Assembly (NCBI GenBank): GCA_963848295.1
Contig: CAWKDB010000011.1
Coordinates: forward strand, 672,001 to 736,000
Reading direction: 5' to 3'
DNA from: an uncultured delta proteobacterium
GTDB taxonomy: Bacteria; Myxococcota_A; Polyangia; Haliangiales; Haliangiaceae
DNA: 64,000 nt
Part shown: piece by piece, positions 53,993 through 64,000 of the stretch
Position numbering within the stretch: position 1 is the first letter of the stretch
Layout: the number at the start of each line of letters is the position of its first letter
Notes under the pieces: generated by a model
Database searches by the model: none
What the model was told of the DNA's origin: nothing
The model's input: the letters and a program-made list of their open reading frames with translations, nothing else
Translations under genes and position numbers: made by a program

Positions 53993-54385
53993 ATGGCATT
54001 CGACACGACCGGTAAGATCCACGTCACCTCCGAGACCAAGCAGGTGTCGGAGCGATTCACCAAGCGCGAGTTCGTCGTCGAGATCGCCGATGGCAAGTAC
54101 CCGCAGTTCGTCCAGTTCCAGCTGACCGGCGACCGCTGCTCGCTGCTCGACGAGTTCCGGGTCGGCGACGCCGTCCGGGTCACGTTCAATGTCCGCGGGC
54201 GCGAGTGGAAGAGCCCGCAGGGCGAGACCAAGTACTTCAACAGCCTCGACGTATGGAAGCTCGAAGCTGCGCAGGCCGGGAGCTCGCGCGGCCGGAGCAA
54301 CGGCGAATTCGCGCACCGCGACGATCCGAGGCCCACCGATCTCGTCGCCGCCGGCGGCGGGCGCGACGACGATCTTCCGTTCTAG
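53993..54385 (+). CDS. DUF3127 OB-fold (SSB-like) protein
   Basis: FTKREFVVE, YPQFVQFQL, FNVRGREW, YFNSLDVWK; acidic DDDLPF tail. Confidence 0.88.
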   Translation: MAFDTTGKIHVTSETKQVSERFTKREFVVEIADGKYPQFVQFQLTGDRCSLLDEFRVGDAVRVTFNVRGREWKSPQGETKYFNSLDVWKLEAAQAGSSRGRSNGEFAHRDDPRPTDLVAAGGGRDDDLPF

Positions 54386-54466
54386 CCCCGAGGCCGATCG
54401 ATCGGCTGTCCGCAGCAGAGCGAAGGACGGCCGACTCCTTAGGCCGAGGGGCCGGCGAAGGCGCTG

Positions 54467-54979
54467 CTACGCGACGGTCCCGACGACGGCCTTCTGGGTC
54501 TTCTGATAGATCCGGTCGAGCTCCTTCGCGAGCGGCTCGCCGATCAACCGCTGGGCCTCCGGGAAGAGGTCGCGTTCCTCTTCGTGCGCGTGCTGGAGCA
54601 CCGAGCTCGTGATCTGCGCGAACATCGGCATCCATTCGCTCTCGTGGTAGTCCATCGCATCGAGCTGGATGATCATCTGCTCGAGCTGCGTCGCCTCGGC
54701 CTCGTGATGATCCGCGATCGCCTCGCCGCCGTGTCGACGGATGACCGGGAAGACCTCCAGCAGCTCGGCCTTTTCGTGAGACAGCAGCGACACACGTAGC
54801 TGCTGCCACAGGTGGTGGCGCTTTTCGGGGTGTTTCTTGATCCGGTCGCAGAGCGCTCCTGCCTCACCGTGCTGCTCGCTGAGCGTCCTGAACACGCCGA
54901 CCAGCCCGGTCCGCCCTGCTCTCACGCCTCCGACCACGCCTTTCGTCTTCGAAATCGCCGCATCCATTGGAGTGCGCAT
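54467..54979 (-). CDS. Hemerythrin-domain protein
   Basis: QH...SHEKAE...VFP...HH.E...HAHEEERDLFP. Confidence 0.85.
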   Translation of the reverse strand: MRTPMDAAISKTKGVVGGVRAGRTGLVGVFRTLSEQHGEAGALCDRIKKHPEKRHHLWQQLRVSLLSHEKAELLEVFPVIRRHGGEAIADHHEAEATQLEQMIIQLDAMDYHESEWMPMFAQITSSVLQHAHEEERDLFPEAQRLIGEPLAKELDRIYQKTQKAVVGTVA

Positions 54980-55067
54980 TGGTGCCTCGCTGGTTTGGGT
55001 TCACCGACGAGAAGTGCATCGGCTGTGCCGCGAGGCGATGGCTCGCATGTTGCTCGGACCATCGATC

Positions 55068-55496
55068 ATGAAGGCTCTAGCCCCGATCGGACGCGTCTTG
55101 TTCGCGGCGATCTTCGTGATCTCCGCGCCGCACAATTTCCAGGCCGACACGATCGCGTACGCCGCAGCAGCCGGCGTGCCCGCCGCGCATACCCTGGTGC
55201 CGCTGGCCGGCATCCTCGCGCTGCTCGGCGGGATCAGCCTCGCGCTCGGTGTGCGCGCCCGGTTGGGCGCCCTCGCGCTGCTCGCGTTCCTCGTGCCGGT
55301 CACGCTGTACATGCACAAGTTCTGGGGTGTCAGCGATCCGCAGCAGGCGCAGATCCAGCTCGCGAACTTCATGAAGAACCTGGCGCTGATCGGTGGTGCG
55401 GCGTTCTTCGTCTATGCCGGCGCCGGCGCGTACAGCATCGACGCGCGACTGCAACGGTCGAAGCTGTTCGGCCAACCGCACGCGAGCGCGACCTGA
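55068..55496 (+). CDS. DoxX-family membrane protein
   Basis: IGRVL...LGG.SLALG...HKFW...FMKNLALIGG...GAGAYSID. Confidence 0.9.
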   Translation: MKALAPIGRVLFAAIFVISAPHNFQADTIAYAAAAGVPAAHTLVPLAGILALLGGISLALGVRARLGALALLAFLVPVTLYMHKFWGVSDPQQAQIQLANFMKNLALIGGAAFFVYAGAGAYSIDARLQRSKLFGQPHASAT

Positions 55497-55498
55497 CG

Positions 55499-56494
55499 CT
55501 ACGGCGGCGTGATGCCGCGCGCGGTGTTGACCGCGATCCGCCCGGTGAGCCCGGCCGAGAAGCTATTCGTCATCACGATGTCGAAGCCTTCGGTCCACAG
55601 CGCCTCGTGATCGCTCGCGGAGGCGGTCACGCCGGTGACCGACGTGAACGACTTGATGTGCGCGGGATGGAGCTGGATCGTGATCATCGCGGTCACCGCA
55701 CCGGCGGTCATGCCCCCGAAGTTGTCGCTGTTCGCGTCTTCGTAGAGAAACGCATGCGGATCGGCTTGGGCGAGCAGCGTCGCGACGTCGGTCGCGTTCG
55801 CCGCTTCGACGACGTAGTAGACCGAATCGTGATCCGGGGCGGCAGGCACGATCGTCGTCATCGCCGACGTGCTGACCTCGAGGAACGCGCGGTCGGTCGC
55901 GCCCGCGGCGATCACGGCCTCGATCGTCTGCGGGATCGTCGCCGGCACTTTGACCGTGAGCATCACGACCATCTTGCCGTTCGCCCAGGTCAGCAGATCA
56001 TCGAGCCTCTGGATGTGATCGCCGTTGATCCACTGGCAGGCGACGATGTCGGATACGTTCATGTCTTCGACCGTCGCGCCGAGGCAGCTAAAGTCGAGCG
56101 GATCGATCTCGTACGCCGCGAACGGGCTCGAGTGGACGACGACCGCCACGCCATCTTTCGAGAACCGGACGTCCGCTTTGATCGCGTCGGCACCATCGGC
56201 GTACGCCGCGTCATAGGCTGCGGTCGTGCCATAGGCGGGATCGGCGAGCACCCACGCGCCGCCGTGGGCGATCAGCAGCGCGCGCTGACACGCGGGATCG
56301 TTCCAGCACGAGCTGATCGATGAGCGGTAGTGGCTCCAGTCGGCGGCCGCGTCGACAGTCGGCACGTCGCCGTTCGTGGCGTCGGCGCTTCCCGCGCCTT
56401 GGTTCGCGTCGGATCCGGCCGCGGGATCCATCCCGTGCGACGAGCACGCGGCGACGGCGAGCGCGAGACCGGCGAACGACCGAAGCGGCGTCAT
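55499..56494 (-). CDS. Glycerophosphodiester phosphodiesterase-like lipoprotein
   Basis: Lipobox VAAC; IAHGG, GADAIKADVRFSKDG..VVVH, GFDIVMTN. The canonical HRG and ExD residues are altered. Confidence 0.7.
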   Translation of the reverse strand: MTPLRSFAGLALAVAACSSHGMDPAAGSDANQGAGSADATNGDVPTVDAAADWSHYRSSISSCWNDPACQRALLIAHGGAWVLADPAYGTTAAYDAAYADGADAIKADVRFSKDGVAVVVHSSPFAAYEIDPLDFSCLGATVEDMNVSDIVACQWINGDHIQRLDDLLTWANGKMVVMLTVKVPATIPQTIEAVIAAGATDRAFLEVSTSAMTTIVPAAPDHDSVYYVVEAANATDVATLLAQADPHAFLYEDANSDNFGGMTAGAVTAMITIQLHPAHIKSFTSVTGVTASASDHEALWTEGFDIVMTNSFSAGLTGRIAVNTARGITPP

Positions 56495-56582
56495 GTGCCC
56501 TCATAGCCCGGCGATCGTGGGCCTCGCCCCGAAATCGACCGGCTGGCGCGATCCGCGACTCGGTTTGGCGCGTGTCGCGACG

Positions 56583-57008
56583 TTATTCAGCGGTCGCGTC
56601 GACCGCGTACGTGCAGCGCGTGGTGCTGTCGGCCGAGCTGACCACGAGCTTCTCGGTGCCGCGAGCGGTCGGCCCGTCGAACACGAGCGTGGCGCTCATC
56701 ATGGCGATCGTGCCGCCGGTGTCGATGTCGCACGACGTCGACCACGTGCACGTCGTCGGATCGAACCCGCTCGTACAGCCCGATGGAACGCTCCCCGAGC
56801 CGTCGTCCGAGCCGTCGGTCAGCTCGTCTGGATCGACGGTCAGCGTTTGATCCGACATGGTCGGACACGTGCCCACGCCGGTCTCGAGCGTGAAGTGCTC
56901 GGCGTACGTCGCGACGACCGAGCACTCGCGACCGCTGCTGCCCGAGAGCCCGCACGCCGAGACCAGCGCCAACCCGATCAACGTGGAGCGATGATGCAGC
57001 GGCGTCAT
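56583..57008 (-). CDS. Small Cys-containing lipoprotein
   Basis: Signal with LVSAC lipobox; Thr/Ser/Cys-rich. Confidence 0.65.
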   Translation of the reverse strand: MTPLHHRSTLIGLALVSACGLSGSSGRECSVVATYAEHFTLETGVGTCPTMSDQTLTVDPDELTDGSDDGSGSVPSGCTSGFDPTTCTWSTSCDIDTGGTIAMMSATLVFDGPTARGTEKLVVSSADSTTRCTYAVDATAE

Positions 57009-57054
57009 CTCTCACTCATAGCATCGCGGGTCCCAGCGCGAGGCATCGAACGAA

Positions 57055-58113
57055 GTGGCTGTGAAATACGCCACTGACAACGGAAGATATCTCGGCGCAT
57101 CGCCGCCGGCACCGGGCGAATCGTCTACGATCACCGAGATGCCGGCACCGGGCATCGCTGAAGACATCGTCCGAGCTGTCCATCGTGCACTGGTCGTCGC
57201 AGGGTTTCGCGCCGATCCGCAGCTCGGTGACGATCCGATCGTGCCCGGTCCAGCCGCCGACGACCTGCTCGTGCGCGCTTCGGCGCAACTCGGAGACGAC
57301 GCGATCGCACTCGCGGTCGCGACCAAGATTCCGATCGGCAGCCTCGGCATCCTCGACTATGCGATGTGTACGAGCGCGACGATGCGCGACGCGCTGTCAC
57401 GGGTCGCGAAGTACTATGGCGTCGCGACCCAACGCGTGCGAGTCGAGCTCGCGACCGACGCGACGAACGCGCGCCTCGTGTTTCATCGCACCGGTGGGCG
57501 GGACGCGAACCGCCATTGGTCCGAGTTCGGCACCGCGATCATCGCGACGCGGATCCGCCAGACCCTCGGCGCCGAGGTCGCGTTCACCCACGTCGCGTTC
57601 GCGCATGCCCCGCCGCGCGATCGCCGCCGCCACGACGCGTTCTTCGCGACGCCGGTCGTGTTCGCCGCCGACCACGACGAGCTCGCGTTCCGCTCGGCGA
57701 TCCTCGACCGCCCGCTCGTCACCGCTCAGCACGCGATGGCAGAGCTACTCGAGCAGAAGATGCGCGAGCTCGAGCCGGCGACATCGGCGGGCGATCCGCT
57801 CGTCGATCGCGCGTACCGCTCCCTCGCCGGCATGCTCGACGCCGGCGCGACCGATCTCGGCGAGCTCGCGCGTCGACTCGGTACGAGCACGCGCAGCCTG
57901 CAACGCGGACTCGGCCGGCGCGGCACGTCGCACTCGGCGATCCTCGATCACCTGCGGCGCGAGCGCGCGTCGCGGATGCTCGACCGTGGCGAACGCGTCG
58001 CCGACATCGCGAAGCAGCTCGGGTTTGCGGCGCCGAGCGCGTTCTTTCGCGCGTACCGACGATGGACCGGCACGAGCCCGAAGGCGAGCTCGCGCGCGAC
58101 GGCGAGGACTTAG
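57055..58113 (+). CDS. AraC-family transcriptional regulator
   Basis: LGILDYAMCTSATMRDAL ligand domain; LGTSTRSLQRGL and LGFAAPSAFFRAYRRWTG HTHs; start may be 57139. Confidence 0.9.
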   Translation: MAVKYATDNGRYLGASPPAPGESSTITEMPAPGIAEDIVRAVHRALVVAGFRADPQLGDDPIVPGPAADDLLVRASAQLGDDAIALAVATKIPIGSLGILDYAMCTSATMRDALSRVAKYYGVATQRVRVELATDATNARLVFHRTGGRDANRHWSEFGTAIIATRIRQTLGAEVAFTHVAFAHAPPRDRRRHDAFFATPVVFAADHDELAFRSAILDRPLVTAQHAMAELLEQKMRELEPATSAGDPLVDRAYRSLAGMLDAGATDLGELARRLGTSTRSLQRGLGRRGTSHSAILDHLRRERASRMLDRGERVADIAKQLGFAAPSAFFRAYRRWTGTSPKASSRATART

Positions 58114-58119
58114 CCGGGC

Positions 58120-58731
58120 TCAGTGGGCCGGGTAGAGCTTCTTGTACGCCGGTCGGGACTGGCAGCGCTGCGCCCACGCGGTGAGGTGCGTGAACTTCGT
58201 CATGTCGACCTTCTGATAACGCAGCCAATCGAGGAACGAGTTGACGTGCGCGTCGGCGAGCGTGTAGTCGCTGCCGGTTAGATAGCTGCGACCGTCGAGC
58301 TTGTGATCGAGCATGCCGAGCAGCTCCTGCACTTCCTTCGCGGCGGCGGCGGCGGCGTTCGCGTTCTGGTGATCCGCGGGGACCCAGTTGCCGGTGTTGC
58401 GACCGACGCGATAGATCGCATCGCCGAGCGTGACTTGCGTCCACACGACCCAGGTCATCGCCTCCCCGCGCTTCGGGCCGGGGGCCGGCCACAGCTTCTT
58501 GTCGACGCCGAACTTCTCGCCGAGATAGATCGTGATCGCGGCAGACTCGAAGATCGGCGTGCCGTCGTCGACGATCGTCGGCACCTTGCCGTTCGGGTTG
58601 AGCGCGAGCAGCTCCTTCGGCTTGTTCTTGAAGTCGACCTTGACGCGCTCGCACGGGACGGCGAGCTCCTCGAGCACGAGCTCGGTGATCGACGCGGTGG
58701 ACTGCGGGGCAAAATAGAACGTGAGGCTCAT
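58120..58731 (-). CDS. Glutathione S-transferase
   Basis: LNPNGKVPTI, IFESAAITIYL, YTLAD; AAGGAG RBS before ATG 58731. Confidence 0.93.
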   Translation of the reverse strand: MSLTFYFAPQSTASITELVLEELAVPCERVKVDFKNKPKELLALNPNGKVPTIVDDGTPIFESAAITIYLGEKFGVDKKLWPAPGPKRGEAMTWVVWTQVTLGDAIYRVGRNTGNWVPADHQNANAAAAAAKEVQELLGMLDHKLDGRSYLTGSDYTLADAHVNSFLDWLRYQKVDMTKFTHLTAWAQRCQSRPAYKKLYPAH

Positions 58732-58909
58732 CGGCGGCTCCTTGTCGTTTGGAGGGCCGACCATGGCACGGCGTGCAAAACGTGTCATGCGCAACACCGG
58801 CGATCCTGGCCGCGTGACGGAACCGACATAGCGGCGCGACGGGCTCGCAACACGGTCCTTATCGATTCGTAATGCCGCGCTGCGCGGGTTCGGCGACACT
58901 GCGCGCGCC

Positions 58910-60628
58910 ATGCGCCACACGCTGTTCGTTGCCCTGGTCGTCGTCGCCGCCGCCTGCTCGAAGTCGCACCCGGGAACCGGTAGCGATTCGAGCGTACCGG
59001 GCGATGTCATCTCTACTCCCGATGCCGCCGTCGCATCCACGACGATGTGCGCGACACTGACCCCGCCGCCGACCGGAACATGCAGCGTGACCAAGGGCAG
59101 CGCGGACCAGCTGATCGAGGGCAACGTCGTCACGCCGAGCACGATCTACATCGGCGGCCAAGTCGCGGTGCGCTCCGACGGCAACATCACGTGCGTCGGC
59201 TGCAACTGCGCCGCCGGCGGCGAGACCGTCATCTCGTGCGCCGCCGCGACGATCTCGCCTGGCCTCATCAACACCCACGATCACATCACGTACACCCAGG
59301 ACGCACCGCCGGTGCCGGCCACGGAGCGCTACGACGATCGCCAGCAGTGGCGCGAAGGCCTCGAAGGTCACACCAAGCTCGATAACCCGGGAAGCGCGAG
59401 CAACGCGCAGATCAGCTGGGGCGAGCTGCGCCACGTGATGGCGGGCACGACCTCGCTCGTCGGGTCCGGTGGCCAACCGGGCTTCGTGCGCAACCTCGAC
59501 AAGTCCGGCACCGACGAAGGTGGGCTCAGCGGCGTCGGCTCGGTCTATTTCGACACGTTCCCGCTCGACGACACGAGCGGCACGCAAGAGACGACCAACT
59601 GTAACTACGGCGGCACGCCGACGACGGGTGCGGCGGTCGCGACCGACACCGCGTACGAGCCACACACGTCGGAGGGTGTGGATGCGTACGCGCACAACGA
59701 GTTCCTGTGCGAGAGCTCGACCACCTACGACACGACCGCGCCCGGCACGTCGAACGACCTCATGATCGCGAAGACGTCCGTGATCCATGCGGTCGGCCTC
59801 GAGCCGGCGGACTACGCGCTTATGGCCTCGGCGAAGACCGGCATGATCTGGTCGCCGCGCTCGAACGTGTCGCTGTATGGCGATACCGCGCGCATCCTCG
59901 TCGCGGCCCGGCTCGGCATCAACATCGCGCTCGGCACCGACTGGCTGCCGAGCGGCTCGATGAACCTGCTGCGCGAGCTCACCTGCGCGGACAGCCTCAA
60001 CAAGACGTACCTCGGCGGTTACTTCACAGATCAAGATCTGTGGGCGATGGTGACCTCGAACGCCGCGCTCGCGACGAAGATGAACGCGCGGATCGGCACG
60101 CTCGCGGTCGGCCAGGTCGGCGACGTCGCGGTGTTTGCGGCGAACGGCAAGGAGCCATTTCGCGCGGTGATCGAGGCGCAGCCGCAAGACGTCGCGCTGG
60201 TCATGCGCGGCGGTGTCACGCTGTACGGCGATGACGCGGTGGTCAGCGCGCTCGCGACCGGGTGCGACGCGGTCGACGTCTGCGGCACGAACAAGCGGGT
60301 GTGTGCGCAGAGCGAGGTCGGCATGAGCTACACGGCGCTGCAAACCGCGGGCGGCGCGAGCTACCCCGCGTTCGCGTGCGGAACGCCGATGAACGAGCCG
60401 TCGTGTACGCCGTCGCGACCGACCGCGGTCGCGGGATCGACGATCTACACCGGCGCGCTGTCGGCGACCGACAGCGACGGTGATGGCATCCCGGACGCGA
60501 GCGACAACTGCCCGACCGTGTTCAACCCGGTGCGGCCGATGGATCACGGTGTGCAGCCGGACGCCGACGGGGATGGCCTGGGCGACGCGTGCGATCCGTG
60601 CCCGCTCGACGCCGCGAACGCTTGTTAG
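58910..60628 (+). CDS. Amidohydrolase-family lipoprotein with thrombospondin type-3 repeats
   Basis: Lipobox AAAC; PGLINTHDH, HTSEG, IHAVG, WSPRSN, ALGTDW; C-terminal DSDGDGIPDASDNCP...DADGDGLGDACD. Confidence 0.88.
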   Translation: MRHTLFVALVVVAAACSKSHPGTGSDSSVPGDVISTPDAAVASTTMCATLTPPPTGTCSVTKGSADQLIEGNVVTPSTIYIGGQVAVRSDGNITCVGCNCAAGGETVISCAAATISPGLINTHDHITYTQDAPPVPATERYDDRQQWREGLEGHTKLDNPGSASNAQISWGELRHVMAGTTSLVGSGGQPGFVRNLDKSGTDEGGLSGVGSVYFDTFPLDDTSGTQETTNCNYGGTPTTGAAVATDTAYEPHTSEGVDAYAHNEFLCESSTTYDTTAPGTSNDLMIAKTSVIHAVGLEPADYALMASAKTGMIWSPRSNVSLYGDTARILVAARLGINIALGTDWLPSGSMNLLRELTCADSLNKTYLGGYFTDQDLWAMVTSNAALATKMNARIGTLAVGQVGDVAVFAANGKEPFRAVIEAQPQDVALVMRGGVTLYGDDAVVSALATGCDAVDVCGTNKRVCAQSEVGMSYTALQTAGGASYPAFACGTPMNEPSCTPSRPTAVAGSTIYTGALSATDSDGDGIPDASDNCPTVFNPVRPMDHGVQPDADGDGLGDACDPCPLDAANAC

Positions 60629-60643
60629 GGTTACGATAGCTCG

Positions 60644-61791
60644 GTGGGCCATGCCGACGACCTCTACGAGTGGCTGCTCGACGGCACGCCGGGCGCGACG
60701 TCAGCGGAGCTCATCGTCGAACGGATCGCGACGTCGCTCGTCGCCGATGGCGTGCCGATCGCGCGGTTCCACGTGTTCGTCAAGACGCTGCATCCGACCG
60801 TGCTCGGCCGCCAGTTCCGCTGGGTCGATGGCGCGCTCGCGCCGACCAGCGAGCTCACGCTCGAGCTCCAGCAGGCTGCGGCGTTCCAACACAGCCCGCT
60901 GAGCGCGGTCGCGATCGGCCAAGAAGTCCGGCGCAACCTCGAGCGCGAGCTCGCCCCGGACGACTACCCGGTGATGCACGATCTGCGCGCCGCCGGTTTC
61001 ACCGAGTACGTCTGCCTGCCGCTGCACTTCATCAGCGGCGAGATCCACGCGATCACGATCGCGACCCGGCAGCCGGGCGGGTTCACGGACGACCATGTCG
61101 CCACGTTCCGTCGCCTCGCGCGCCCGCTCCAGCTGGTCGCCGAGATCTGGGCGTTGCGCCGGGTCGCGACGAACTTGCTCGACACCTACGTCGGCTGGCA
61201 TTCGGGCGAGCGGATCATGCGCGGTCGGATCATGCGCGGCGATCTCGAGACGATGCACGCGGTGATCTGGTTCTCCGACCTGCGCGGGTTCACCGCGATG
61301 TCAGCGAACCTCGCGCCCCGCGCGGCGGTCGCCGTGCTCAACGAGGTGTTCGACTTTCAGGTCTCGGCGATCGAGCGCCACGGCGGCGAGGTCCTCAAGT
61401 TCATCGGCGACGGGCTGCTCGCGATCTTCCCACTCGACGAAGGCGAAGATCCCGCCGCGCGTTGTCAGGCCGCGATCACCGCCGGCGACGAAGCGTTCGC
61501 CGCGCTCGACACGCGCAACGCCACCGCGACCGAGCCGCTGCGCTTCGGGCTCGCACTCCACATCGGCGAGATCGCCTACGGCAACATCGGCGGCGCGTCG
61601 CGGCTCGACTTCACCGCGATCGGCGCCGCGGTCAACCTCGCGTCCCGGCTCGAAGGCCTGACCGGCAAGCTCGGCCACCGCATGGTGCTATCGGCGGAGC
61701 TCGCCGCGCACGCGAGCATCCCGCTCGACGATCTCGGCGCGTTCGAGCTCAAAGGCGTCGCGACTCCGCAGCGCGTGTTCGCGCCTCGCGC

Positions 61792-61795
<4 letters not shown>
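60644..61795 (+). CDS. Class III adenylate/guanylate cyclase with N-terminal GAF-like region
   Basis: WFSDLRGFT, KFIGDG, GLALHIGE..YGNIG, DFTAIG.AVNLASRLE, ELKG. Confidence 0.93.

Positions 61796-64000
<2,205 letters not shown>

Overview
A very GC-rich chromosomal window, most likely from a myxobacterium (Myxococcota). This is inferred from a MYXO-CTERM protein, a RomR-like regulator near valS, tandem Ser/Thr kinases, Cys/Gly-rich secreted proteins and a pilR-pilA locus. Core content: two DUF2330 paralogs, APC permease, esterase, HtrA protease, trxB, lgt, PP2C-cNMP phosphatase, two Ser/Thr kinases, a GspS-family ATP-grasp ligase with an RGGFG partner, ccr with a VOC epimerase-like gene, valS, romR, argS, a BMP-type ABC transporter, a cluster of GT-C glycosyltransferases (three DUF2723/TMEM260-like, one TMTC-like with TPRs, one remnant), pilR, two type IV pilins, a decayed group II intron, tRNA-Cys, a VapBC-like TA pair, an ECF sigma fusion and assorted accessory genes. 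The most unusual structures are these. (1) Between valS and romR lie two divergent four-helix-bundle (Avd/IVS-like) genes. Each is preceded by a homologous ~195-nt structured leader whose long closing stems differ in sequence around a conserved core. CCGCTG(A) tandem-repeat arrays lie between the genes and after the second one, suggesting an undescribed small mobile RNA-protein cassette. (2) Five in-frame copies of a 57-bp double-hairpin repeat sit inside argS, and the same hairpin occurs as dispersed REP-like copies elsewhere in the window. (3) A putative bacterial protein O-glycosylation cluster sits beside the pilins. (4) A third four-helix-bundle N-terminus is fused to a 5'-truncated group II intron. 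Several genes carry single-base insertions that are probably sequencing or assembly errors.
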